From: an uncultured candidate division Zixibacteria bacterium
Lineage (GTDB): Bacteria; Zixibacteria; MSB-5A5; GN15; FEB-12
Assembly (NCBI GenBank): GCA_963806185.1
Contig: CAWDXE010000007.1
Coordinates: 192,001-256,000, forward strand
DNA length: 64,000 nucleotides
Direction: 5' to 3'
Below, piece after piece: positions 51,165 to 62,148 of this stretch. A model generated the notes under the pieces. The model was not told where the DNA came from. It made no database searches and was given only the letters and a program-made list of their open reading frames with translations. Every line of letters begins with the position of its first letter. The stretch's first letter is position 1. A program made the position numbers and the translations under genes.

Positions 51165-52325
51165 TTGCTCGAAAAAAAGCACCTGGACTATCGCGCGAAG
51201 ATGCGCGCCTTCTGTAAAGAAGTGATCGAACCGAAAGCGGCTGTCCTCGACGAGGAACAGCGCTTTCCGAATGAGCATATGGGACCGCTCACCGAGATGG
51301 GGCTGCTCAGCGCTTTAATCCCGGAACAATACGGCGGCAAGCCTGTCGACACACTTTCGTATATTATTGCGGTCGAGGAGTTGTCGCGTGTCTGCGGCTC
51401 TACCGGCATCATGATCGCCGCGCACAATTCGCTAGGGACATTTCCAATACTAAAATTCGGCACCGAGGCGCAGAAGCAGAAATTTTTGCCGCGTGCGGCC
51501 AAGGGAGAACTGCTGGCGTTCGGGCTTTCCGAGCCGGATGCCGGGTCCGACGCAGGCGGGACGCGGACCTTTGCCAAGCAGGCAGGCGACCATTGGGTGG
51601 TCAACGGCAGCAAGTGCTGGATAACGTCGGCGACCAAGGCATTTGCCACGATTGGCACAGCCAGGACGTCGCAGGACCCGACCGACAAACGCATCACGAC
51701 TTTTGTCTTTGAAAGGGATTTTCCCGGCTACGCCGTGGGGAAGAAAGAGAACAAACTTGGTTTGCGCGGCTCCGACACTGCTTTCCTTCATTTCGATGAC
51801 ATGAAGGTGCCGGTGGAAAATCAACTGGGCGAAGTTGGCCATGGATTCAAGCAGATGTTGATCACGCTTGATGGTGGGCGGATCTCCATCGGCGCCATGG
51901 CGCTCGGTTTGGCGCAAGGAGCGTTTGATTGTGCGCTGAAATATGCCGCCGTGCGCAAGCAGTTCGACAAACCGATCGCGGAAAACCAGGCTATTCAGCA
52001 CAAACTGGCCGACATGGCGACTGAGATTACGGCGGCGCGACTGATGATTTACGAAGCATCAATCATGAAAGACGCCGGCGTACCGTATGGAAGATTGTCG
52101 GCGATGTGCAAGTTGTATGCCTCGGAAGTGGGTACCCGTGCGGCGGCGACGGCGATCGGGATTCTCGGGGGGATCGGCTTTACCACCGGGCCATATCCGG
52201 CGGAACGAATCTGGCGCGACGTGAAGCTGTGTGAAATCGGTGAGGGGACGTCGGAAATACAGCGCCTGGTCATTGCGCGTGACTTGCTGAAAGCTGTGCA
52301 GACGCAGGATGATGTGACCCTCTAG
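51165..52325 (+). CDS. Acyl-CoA dehydrogenase (second paralogue, TTG start)
   Basis: SEPDAGSD, LDGGRISI, KLYASE, EIGEGTSEIQR; ggagga SD. Confidence 0.92.
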   Translation: MLEKKHLDYRAKMRAFCKEVIEPKAAVLDEEQRFPNEHMGPLTEMGLLSALIPEQYGGKPVDTLSYIIAVEELSRVCGSTGIMIAAHNSLGTFPILKFGTEAQKQKFLPRAAKGELLAFGLSEPDAGSDAGGTRTFAKQAGDHWVVNGSKCWITSATKAFATIGTARTSQDPTDKRITTFVFERDFPGYAVGKKENKLGLRGSDTAFLHFDDMKVPVENQLGEVGHGFKQMLITLDGGRISIGAMALGLAQGAFDCALKYAAVRKQFDKPIAENQAIQHKLADMATEITAARLMIYEASIMKDAGVPYGRLSAMCKLYASEVGTRAAATAIGILGGIGFTTGPYPAERIWRDVKLCEIGEGTSEIQRLVIARDLLKAVQTQDDVTL

Positions 52326-52350
52326 TCACCTTGGACGATCCGAATTACCG

Positions 52351-52384
52351 AACGGCGGGTGCACACACCTGCCGTTTGTTTTTT
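52351..52384 (+). terminator. Intrinsic terminator
   Basis: aacggcgggtg-caca-cacctgccgtt-tgtttttt. Confidence 0.8.
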
Positions 52385-52393
52385 ACCGGTGGA

Positions 52394-53758
52394 CTAGTCT
52401 CCTGAAGGAGTGGACATCCCGTACTTCTTCATCCGATAGACAAGAATATGTCGCGGGATATTCAGATATTGTGCCGCCTGCGACTTATTACCCCCAAAAC
52501 GGTTGAGTGCATCGACAATTAACTGTTTCTCGGCTTCATGAAAAGTCAGGTGCCGGCCGGTCGATAGTTGTTGGCGCGAATGGGGCGAGAGCGATCCGAA
52601 ATCGGGCGGCAAGTCCTCCGGTGTCAGGGTATCGGCTTTGCGAAGGATCACCATACGTTCGATGAGATTTTCCAGTTCTCGCACATTGCCCGGCCATTCA
52701 TACTGCTGGAGTATGGCGACCAGCTCCGGAGACATCGCGACGTTTTTCGGCGCTGCCAGCCGCCGGATGAACTCGCTCGCCAGAAGGGCGATATCCTCTT
52801 TACGCTCCCGTAGACTCGGTACGTAGACCGGGATGACATTCAAGCGGTAGTAGAGATCGTCGCGAAACTTCCCCGCGGCGATCTTCTCTCGAAGATCGAC
52901 ATTGGTGGCCGCGAGGAGGCGGACATCTATTTCTCGCCGTACCTCAGCCCCGACTGGTTCAACCACCCGTTCCTGTATCACCCGGAGCAACTTCGCCTGC
53001 AGCTCGATATTCAGTTCGCTGATCTCATCGAGGAGGAGTGTGCCCCCTTCGGCCAGTTCAAATTTCCCGCGCTTGTCTTTGATCGCTCCGGTGAAGGATC
53101 CCTTCATGTGACCGAAGAGCTCGGATTCAATCAGATCGCGAGGGATGGCCGCACAATTGACGGCAATGAGCGGCTTGCCGGCGCGGCCGCTCTGTTCGTG
53201 GATTGCGCGCGCAATCAATTCCTTGCCCGTGCCCGATTCGCCCGTTATGAGGACTGTCGCATCCGTGGGGGCAACCTTCTCGACGAGGGCCAGTAGTTCT
53301 TTGAAGCGGGGGGAAATCCCCAGCAAAGGGCGGGACGGTCGAGCCCGTTTCAATTCTTCTTTGAGCTGTCGATTTTCGTCAGTCAGCCGACGAAATTTGA
53401 CGGCTTTCTCAATAGCGAGCAGGAGCTGGTCGTCTTCAAACGGTTTGGTGATGTAGTCAAAGGCGCCCAGCTTCACCGCATCGACCGCTTGACGCACGTC
53501 GGCAAAGGCGGTGATTAACACGACGGGCAGGTCGGGGCGGATAATGCGTACGCGCTCCAGCAGCTCCAGACCGGTAACTCTCGGCATCTTCATATCGGAG
53601 AGCAGAAGGTCAAAGGGGTGACGGGCTATTTCATCAAGCGCCTCCTGACCGTCGCCGACCGCCGTAACTTCATATCCCAATCGCTGGAGTTTGAACTGGA
53701 TGACTCTGCGCAGGGCGGCATCGTCGTCGGCCAGCAGGATCGAAATCGGACTGTTCAT
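52394..53758 (-). CDS. Sigma-54-dependent response regulator (NtrC family)
   Basis: Receiver domain, GESGTGKE, ESELFGHMKGSFTGA, WPGNVRELEN, C-terminal HTH. Confidence 0.95.
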   Translation of the reverse strand: MNSPISILLADDDAALRRVIQFKLQRLGYEVTAVGDGQEALDEIARHPFDLLLSDMKMPRVTGLELLERVRIIRPDLPVVLITAFADVRQAVDAVKLGAFDYITKPFEDDQLLLAIEKAVKFRRLTDENRQLKEELKRARPSRPLLGISPRFKELLALVEKVAPTDATVLITGESGTGKELIARAIHEQSGRAGKPLIAVNCAAIPRDLIESELFGHMKGSFTGAIKDKRGKFELAEGGTLLLDEISELNIELQAKLLRVIQERVVEPVGAEVRREIDVRLLAATNVDLREKIAAGKFRDDLYYRLNVIPVYVPSLRERKEDIALLASEFIRRLAAPKNVAMSPELVAILQQYEWPGNVRELENLIERMVILRKADTLTPEDLPPDFGSLSPHSRQQLSTGRHLTFHEAEKQLIVDALNRFGGNKSQAAQYLNIPRHILVYRMKKYGMSTPSGD

Positions 53759-54807
53759 GTGGTTGTCTCCGGAAGCGCAATCGTCACAATCGTGCCTTCA
53801 TTGGGTCGACTCGTCAGCGTGATTGTCCCCCGGTGATTGTCTATGATCGCCTTAACGACAGCCAGCCCCAGCCCGGTGCCGGTGGCCTTGGTAGTGAAAA
53901 ACGGCTCGAAAACTTTGTCGACGTCGGCGGGATCAATGCCCCGTCCCTCGTCTCGGACGGTCAGATGCACCCGCAATTCATCATAATGATGCAGGTCCAG
54001 AGTTACATGAATGGTGGAGCCGTCCGCCGATGCCTCCATCGCATTCAGCAGTAGATTCAGCACTACCTGGTGCAGTTTCTCGGCATCACCCGGGCACTTG
54101 ATATTGGGGGCAATTTCGCTGGAAATCGTCATCTGCCCTGCCGCGAGCTGAGGTTCCGCCTGCCGGATGGTCGCACTTACCACCTCGCTGAGATTAAGGA
54201 TTTCAATCTTACTTTCCTTCGGGCGGGCAAAAGTAAGAAATTCTTTGACCGTGCCGTCGATTCGCTTAATCTCTCTGGAGACGATTTTCGAGAATTCTTC
54301 GCGCGAACCGGTGTCGACCGATGGATCGGCTAGAATTTCCACGGCGCCCTTGATAGAGGCCAACGGGTTTTTGATCTCGTGCGCCACACCCGCTGCCATA
54401 CGGCCGACCAATGACAATTGGTGTGACCGTTCCAACTGCAACTGGGTTTGTTCCTGGCGGCGACGAAGGAGCATCTCCCGATCGATCAGCGCGCCAATGA
54501 GAATGCCGATGGCAAAATAGAAGAAGATCTCAACCAGTTCACCGGACAGGTCCATCGGGTGCATGCCCGGATTCAAAAGATAGGGCACAACCAGTAGAGA
54601 AATGACCGCCGCTGTGGCCACGCCGCCTCGTATGCCGAACCAGGCGGCCGCGATAGCGATGGGGATATAACAGAAACGGGAGTGTACGGCGTGAACCCAA
54701 TCGTGATGACCAAAGATGAGCTCCAGGATCCAGCCGTAATGGATCCCCACTGTCAGGGCAACGACAGCTACGAGTATGCCGATTTTGATTTGTGTTCCTT
54801 TGCGCAT
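53755..54807 (-). CDS. Membrane sensor histidine kinase with His-rich input region
   Basis: AHEIKNPL H-box, NLLLNA, DEGRGI, PFFTTK, GTGLGL; N-terminal TM helices with HxxW..GHHDWVHAVH..CY. Confidence 0.93.
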   Translation of the reverse strand: MRKGTQIKIGILVAVVALTVGIHYGWILELIFGHHDWVHAVHSRFCYIPIAIAAAWFGIRGGVATAAVISLLVVPYLLNPGMHPMDLSGELVEIFFYFAIGILIGALIDREMLLRRRQEQTQLQLERSHQLSLVGRMAAGVAHEIKNPLASIKGAVEILADPSVDTGSREEFSKIVSREIKRIDGTVKEFLTFARPKESKIEILNLSEVVSATIRQAEPQLAAGQMTISSEIAPNIKCPGDAEKLHQVVLNLLLNAMEASADGSTIHVTLDLHHYDELRVHLTVRDEGRGIDPADVDKVFEPFFTTKATGTGLGLAVVKAIIDNHRGTITLTSRPNEGTIVTIALPETTT

Positions 54808-54989
54808 ATCGCCTCGATAAGCTGCTCATGAACATGGACGCATGTCGCTGATAGTATAAGAAGATAATATCGGAGGAATGGAGAATATTCTTCAACGGGC
54901 GCTAATATTCTCGGTTTCCTTTCGGGGATATAGGAGTATTGAGAATCGCATGTTATTTAATTTAAGTGACTTACGGAACAACTTTCAAT

Positions 54990-55005
54990 TGGCATGCAAA
55001 TTGAT
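54990..55005 (+). promoter_or_regulatory. Sigma-54 (-24/-12) promoter for the YHS gene
   Basis: TGGCAT-gcaaa-TTGA (-12 variant), divergent from a bEBP gene, with upstream AATATT-centred palindromes. Confidence 0.6.
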
Positions 55006-55047
55006 AACTCCCCATAGTAAAGGACTCTGAACTGGAAGGAGATACAA

Positions 55048-55521
55048 ATGAAGATTGTGAATACGGCATTGTGCTTCATGACCCTCGGTGCGCTCTGTGC
55101 GGGCTCGGCGTTGGCGGGATCGGACACGGCCAAGGCCAAGGCCGCTGGCGCACCCCTTAAGTTCACGGCGCAGACGACCTGCCCTGTGATGGGCGGGAAG
55201 ATCGACTCGGCCGCTTACACTGATATACAAGGACAGCGAGTATATCACTGCTGTGGCGGTTGTTCGAAGAAATTGAAAGCCGATCCGGATACCTATTTCA
55301 AGAAGGCGGCGGCGCAGGGAGTCCTTTTCCAGAATATCCAAGCCACCGATCCAGTGTCGGGCAAACCGATCGACAAGAAGTTCGAATCCTACTTCGAAGG
55401 TCGACGCCTCTACTTCGCTGATGCGGAGAGCAAGGCGAAGTTTGATACCTCGCCCAGAGATTATCTGGCTAAAATGGCGCCGCCGACAGACTCAGAAGGA
55501 ACAAAGGACTCTCACAAGTAA
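55048..55521 (+). CDS. Exported YHS/TRASH-domain (metal-binding) protein
   Basis: Signal peptide; CPVMGG..YHCCGGC; second Cys-less repeat DPVSG..LYFADAES. Confidence 0.8.
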   Translation: MKIVNTALCFMTLGALCAGSALAGSDTAKAKAAGAPLKFTAQTTCPVMGGKIDSAAYTDIQGQRVYHCCGGCSKKLKADPDTYFKKAAAQGVLFQNIQATDPVSGKPIDKKFESYFEGRRLYFADAESKAKFDTSPRDYLAKMAPPTDSEGTKDSHK

Positions 55522-55546
55522 CAACGGTGCCTGAGCACCACTGCGG

Positions 55547-55588
55547 CGACAGCCTCGGATGAAGGATCATCTGGGGCTGTCGTTTTTT
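55547..55588 (+). terminator. Intrinsic terminator
   Basis: cgacagcctcggatga..tcatctggggctgtcg-tttttt. Confidence 0.75.
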
Positions 55589-57073
55589 CTACTGTGATCC
55601 GTCGTGTTCGGCAATCTGGATGGCGCGAAGGCCGATGGCCGACCCCATCCCGAAGCCGGTGTAGTTATCCACCGAATAGTGAACGCCGCCGTAGAGGCGA
55701 GAAACCATATCTTCAAGGGCCATCTGCTGAATATCCACGGCCTGATCCGGGAAAAGATAGCTGAGTATCACGGCCGCGGCACCGGCAGTGGTGGAATGTC
55801 CTGACGGATAAGCGGGAAAGGCCGGTGTTGTTATTGGTGAGAGCCAGAGCGGATCGTACATCCGGCGGACCTCGGTAATCGGGCGATCCGTCCAATAGAC
55901 ATACTTGGCATCCCAGCAGGCGATAAAGGCGTCAGCTTGCGCCGTCCCCAAGAGAGCCAGCATGCGCGCCATGCGCGGCTCCGACCACTCGTGTTCGTGC
56001 CCCATTTCACATCCAATAAGATTGAAGCGGCCGGGCGGGCCAAAGGTGCCCAAACCGTCTTCCCATACAACGGCCATTTGATATCGATCGTAAGTCAGAT
56101 CTCGCCAGGTCTGCCAAACCTCGGTCACCTGGGCATCGAACTCCGGCGTTCCGAAGGCAGGCGGTGGACCGGGACGGACGGCCGCACCGGCGGGAATAAT
56201 CCATGTGGTCCATTGGCCCGCACCCGGTTCTGTTGGATTGGTTTTGTACGCCGGAGGAGTGGGAACCCAATACCCCGGCCCGACTGGAGGAGTCGGCGCC
56301 ACAGTGATGTCGGAGTGGTCCGCCTCGGCACGTGCGACCACCGCCGCGCCAACCGCAAAACCCAACTTGGTCCCCTCAGTTACGTCAGTAGAGAAGTGTA
56401 CACCGGCGTAAAGGTCACAGACGCAGGAACTGTCGTAGATCGCTGAGAGGGAGTCCGACTTAGATGGGTACAGATACTTGAGCACGGTCAGAGCCGCGCC
56501 GCCGATGGCGGCACGTTCCGAGACAAATGACGGCGTGTTCACGAGCGTTCCATACGTCTGCGGTGCACTTGGATATTCGTATGGACGCGGGCGCCGGTAA
56601 GCATATTTGGCGTCCCACGCAGCTACCATGGCATCGTACATCGCGACAGAAACCAGTGCCAGGGCGCGGGCGGCCCGCGGCGGGTTGAGCGAATCCCAGG
56701 CCACCATGGCGCGGCTGATTTCATCCCAGCGGAGGACAGTTCCCTCGTTCCAGTGGTCAATCTCGGTCTCGATCTGAGGGGTGCGCTGGCTGACATAGCT
56801 GCGCACTTGAGCGAGTTCCTCAGCCGTAGATGGGGAGTCAGGAAACTCCGGTCGGAATGCTCTCCCGTCCGTGATCACCCAGGTGCGCCATTTGCCGGCG
56901 GCAGGTTCGATCCCGTCAGGAGCGCTCGACTGCGGAGCAGTCGGTGATTCGTCGCTGCAGCCGGACATGAAGAGGAAGAGGCCGGCAACTAAGGCTGGTT
57001 GCCAGACAGACAGAGGCCATGATTTTGATAGTCGCACAACAAGAGTATACGGTCCCGGCGGCGTGGTGGTCAA
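55589..57073 (-). CDS. Two-domain vanadium-dependent haloperoxidase/PAP2-like lipoprotein (start uncertain)
   Basis: Lipobox MSGC; C-terminal domain KYVYWTDRP, PAYPSGH, SRLYGGVHY; N-terminal degenerate copy. Confidence 0.8.
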   Translation of the reverse strand: MTTTPPGPYTLVVRLSKSWPLSVWQPALVAGLFLFMSGCSDESPTAPQSSAPDGIEPAAGKWRTWVITDGRAFRPEFPDSPSTAEELAQVRSYVSQRTPQIETEIDHWNEGTVLRWDEISRAMVAWDSLNPPRAARALALVSVAMYDAMVAAWDAKYAYRRPRPYEYPSAPQTYGTLVNTPSFVSERAAIGGAALTVLKYLYPSKSDSLSAIYDSSCVCDLYAGVHFSTDVTEGTKLGFAVGAAVVARAEADHSDITVAPTPPVGPGYWVPTPPAYKTNPTEPGAGQWTTWIIPAGAAVRPGPPPAFGTPEFDAQVTEVWQTWRDLTYDRYQMAVVWEDGLGTFGPPGRFNLIGCEMGHEHEWSEPRMARMLALLGTAQADAFIACWDAKYVYWTDRPITEVRRMYDPLWLSPITTPAFPAYPSGHSTTAGAAAVILSYLFPDQAVDIQQMALEDMVSRLYGGVHYSVDNYTGFGMGSAIGLRAIQIAEHDGSQ

Positions 57074-57190
57074 GGGGGTGGAAGCGGAGTTGAAATCATC
57101 CAGTTTTGCGAGGACAAAAGTGGGGCAAAAGGAAGCGCCGACGTAGATGTCTCTCCGCCGGCGCAGGCCCGTGTGATGCCGTAGAAGCCG

Positions 57191-57859
57191 CTAGTGCTTC
57201 TTGCGGCGCCAGACCATCGGCGCAACCAAGCCGAGACCGAGGGCCAGGAGGCTAATTGTCCCTGGTTCCGGAGTAGCAACGATCTGGACATTATCCAGCA
57301 GCATAGCTGAACTGGCCTGGTCCGGACCGTACCCCAGAGCAAAATAGAACAAGTAGAAATCCTGGGTCCCGCTCCACCCGGTGAGATCGTAGGTGAACCC
57401 TTTCATGGAGTAATAGCGCTGGCCCCACTGGTCGGTCTGCCAATCGCCTCCGCCCGTCCCTTTCGAGAAGATCGGATTGAAACCTCCACCTCCTGGATAC
57501 CCTACATTGATCTGCGCTCGGAAATCGTCGCCCCACGAAAGCTCATTGGTGATGAGTGTGAAGTCAAACCTCAGGGTCAACTGCTTGTTGGTAGGCAGAT
57601 TTAACACCTGATGCAACTCCGGATTCGGGTGATTGTCATCGCTAAACAGCACGGCGCACGGGGAATTGTCACCGCTCGGACTGCCGTACCCCATCCACGA
57701 GTTCGACGTAAAGACGTTCGAAGCCGGGCTTGAGGTCTGCCATCCGTTCAGGCCGCTGCTGAAGTCGCCATTGACGATCAGGTTGGGCAACGCGAACGAG
57801 CTGGTCACGCCCAGAAGAATCGCCACCATAATACCGGCGAGAATTCGCCCTCTTACCAT
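57191..57859 (-). CDS. PEP-CTERM sorting-domain protein with carbohydrate-binding-like domain
   Basis: Signal peptide, NLIVNGDFS..W, LDNV, C-terminal TPEPGT-TM-RRKKH. Confidence 0.9.
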   Translation of the reverse strand: MVRGRILAGIMVAILLGVTSSFALPNLIVNGDFSSGLNGWQTSSPASNVFTSNSWMGYGSPSGDNSPCAVLFSDDNHPNPELHQVLNLPTNKQLTLRFDFTLITNELSWGDDFRAQINVGYPGGGGFNPIFSKGTGGGDWQTDQWGQRYYSMKGFTYDLTGWSGTQDFYLFYFALGYGPDQASSAMLLDNVQIVATPEPGTISLLALGLGLVAPMVWRRKKH

Positions 57860-57925
57860 ACTGCTCCTCCTCTTGGTGCGTTACTGAGTCAGGTTGCAAT
57901 GTAGACTGGATCAAATACATTTGCA

Positions 57926-57940
57926 GCAATTCGTGTACCC
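57926..57940 (-). promoter_or_regulatory. Sigma-54 promoter for the PEP-CTERM gene
   Basis: Minus strand gGGTACacgaaTTGC (GG-N10-GC), 67 nt upstream of the ATG. Confidence 0.55.
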
Positions 57941-58463
57941 GCCGCCGGAGAGTTTATCGGCGTTGTGCGGCAACGGCCTGTGCGGGGCCCCTCTGACAAG
58001 TGTGCATTTGAGTGACAAGTTTCTGCAGGGGCCATGACACTTGCTGTCGCACACTTCCCGCAGCCGTCCTATCCCGGTCCGAGGTCGCACACCTCGTCGC
58101 GACGCATTGACGGAATCCCCCGGCAATCGACACCACGGCCAAAAGTATCCCTTCCAAATGTCGCCGGCGGCAAGCGGGATCGACAAACTCGGCATTACCT
58201 CGGTGAGATTCCAGGCCGAAACGGCCCTGTCCGGTTTAAAAGTACTTGCGTAGTATTCAACAAGTTATATTTTCTCTGACGTAAGCCAGGGGACAAAAGC
58301 TGGTCCCCCCTAAGACTCTTCGTGCTGCGCACGCGCGAGGAGCGATGGGTCAGAAGAACGATGCGAGCACAGGGATGCTGACATCACAACTGAACTTGGT
58401 CGTCGGGAGATGTCTCCTCGACGGTCGGGTATGTTTAACACCTACTCTTTAAGGAGGCCCACC

Positions 58464-58526
58464 ATGGCAAAAGGGAAAGACAAAGGCAAAAAGGAAACCA
58501 AGAAGCCGAAAAAGACCAAAAAGTAG
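58464..58526 (+). CDS. 20-aa lysine-rich small protein MAKGKDKGKKETKKPKKTKK (not in the ORF track)
   Basis: AAGGAGG SD 6 nt before the ATG, TAG stop, own terminator downstream. Confidence 0.7.
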   Translation: MAKGKDKGKKETKKPKKTKK

Positions 58527-58571
58527 GCTTTGCCGAGGTTCCGAGTCGGACACGAGTCTGGCTCGAAAATG

Positions 58572-58605
58572 AAGCCCACCCCGCAAGGATGGGCTTTTTT
58601 ATTTT
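58572..58605 (+). terminator. Intrinsic terminator after the Lys-rich peptide
   Basis: aagccca-ccccgcaagga-tgggctt-ttttatttt. Confidence 0.75.
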
Positions 58606-58626
58606 GATGGTCAGTGTCGGTGCGAA

Positions 58627-58827
58627 TCAGGCGTGACGGCGCTGACCCAGCAAACGGGAGGGAAGAAAGATGATGGCCCGGAAAAGCTCGAGCACTCCCG
58701 CGACGGCAATGCCGAGCAGCCTGAACGGCAGAAGGAAAAGCCAGACTATCGGATAGAGGATCAATGCCAGCAGCGCCAGCGGCCAGCACAAGACGAGCAG
58801 TATCATCCAAACAACAAAAGTGAACAC
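58627..58827 (-). CDS. Small hydrophobic membrane protein (66 aa)
   Basis: GTG start after gaaggga; LCWPLALLALILYPIVWLFLLPFRLLGIAV..LPSRLLG. Confidence 0.65.
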   Translation of the reverse strand: MFTFVVWMILLVLCWPLALLALILYPIVWLFLLPFRLLGIAVAGVLELFRAIIFLPSRLLGQRRHA

Positions 58828-58931
58828 GGCTGGATTCCCTTCGCTATTCCGCCCATTTCTCATACGAGATTGTCCGGAGTATGTTCGATGAAAGCAGGTG
58901 TGGGCCGGTCCGACCAAGTCCCGGATTTGGC

Positions 58932-58959
58932 TTGAATTGGCCTGTCCAATCCGTACATT
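58932..58959 (+). promoter_or_regulatory. Promoter 6 nt before the rdgB ATG (leaderless candidate)
   Basis: TTGAAT-16 bp-TACATT-caatcc-ATG; no SD. Confidence 0.55.
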
Positions 58960-58965
58960 CAATCC

Positions 58966-59568
58966 ATGCAGCTGGTTCTGGCCACCAACAACGAGGATAA
59001 AATCAGGGAGATCCGCCACCTCCTGGAGGACCTCCCGATCACCATTCTGACCCGTCGCGATTTTCTCGAGTTTCCTGACCCGGAGGAAACCGGCGCGACG
59101 CTCGAGGAAAACGCGATTCTCAAGGCAAGAGCCGTCGCCGAATTCTGCGACCTACCGGCGTTGGCCGACGACAGCGGGCTTGAAGTCGACGCGCTGGACG
59201 GCGCACCGGGCGTCTTCTCATCGCGGTACGCCGGCGAGAATGTCACTTACGCAGACAACAATCGGAAATTGATTCAAAGCATGCGAGAGGTACCGGCCGA
59301 GCGGCGAACCGCGCGCTTTCGCTGTGTCATGGCCATCGTGTGGAGTGACGGCGCAGTGGACACGGTGGAGGGAAAAGCCGACGGGTTAATAGCATCGGAC
59401 ATTGTCGGGAATGGCGGTTTCGGCTACGATCCGGTCTTTGTCTTTCCGCCGCTCGGGAGGCGGTTTTCCGAGTTGACGCTCGACGAGAAGAACCTCGTCA
59501 GCCACCGTGGCAAGGCACTGCAGGCCATCCGAACAGTCATCATCGAGAAACTAAACGGCTTGAGATAA
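58966..59568 (+). CDS. rdgB: XTP/dITP diphosphatase
   Basis: LATNNEDKIRE, ENAILKA, ADDSGLEVDALDGAPGVFSSRY, GFGYDPVF, SHRGKA. Confidence 0.96.
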   Translation: MQLVLATNNEDKIREIRHLLEDLPITILTRRDFLEFPDPEETGATLEENAILKARAVAEFCDLPALADDSGLEVDALDGAPGVFSSRYAGENVTYADNNRKLIQSMREVPAERRTARFRCVMAIVWSDGAVDTVEGKADGLIASDIVGNGGFGYDPVFVFPPLGRRFSELTLDEKNLVSHRGKALQAIRTVIIEKLNGLR

Positions 59569-61579
<2,011 letters not shown>

Positions 61580-61585
61580 GACGCT

Positions 61586-61615
61586 AATCTATGCTGTCGC
61601 TTTGGGCGCTGTCAA
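61586..61615 (-). promoter_or_regulatory. Promoter 6 nt before the ligA ATG (leaderless candidate)
   Basis: Minus strand TTGACA-18 bp-TAGATT-agcgtc-ATG; no SD. Confidence 0.6.
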
Positions 61616-62147
61616 TCATATCTCGTGCGGTGACTGGTGATCGGCGTGCCGAAAGGCGGCGATGTGCCGACCGGCGACATCATCGACAATTTCCGTTACC
61701 CATAGGCGGACGGCCGTATTAGCGGCATCGCTTTCGAGAACGACTGAACTAGCCAGTGATTGGATTCTGGCGGCCGGCCGGTCAGCGAACTGGATGCAGA
61801 CTACGTCTCGCTTCTGATTAGTGAGAATGTGCGGCTCGACGAACTGTTCGCGGAAATCGAGCCACCGGATGTCCGCATAACGAGGCCGCGGCCGGTGCTT
61901 TCAGATCGGGAATGACCTCCCAGAGCCGTCTGGAGCGCGAAATTTCTGCGAAGAGCAGCCGGCCGGTCCGGTCGATGTCCAGGCGGACGATTTCTGACTC
62001 GAGGAAGGAGAAAAAGGCGGTCCTGCTATGAGGTTGCCGACTGATCGGGACAAAGAGAATGTCCTCCTCAATCTGATAAAAACCCCGTCCGGGCGGAAGG
62101 CTATCGGACGGGGTGTCAATTCGAATCGTCAGTCTGTCGAGCGCCAT
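61616..62147 (-). CDS. Hypothetical protein (+1 indel near 61885)
   Basis: MALDRLTIRI..GRGFYQIEEDIL continues after the shift as RYADIRWLDFREQFVEP..DDVAGRHIAAFR..HEI-stop; starts 1 nt after the cpoB stop. Confidence 0.6.
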
Positions 62148-62148
62148 C

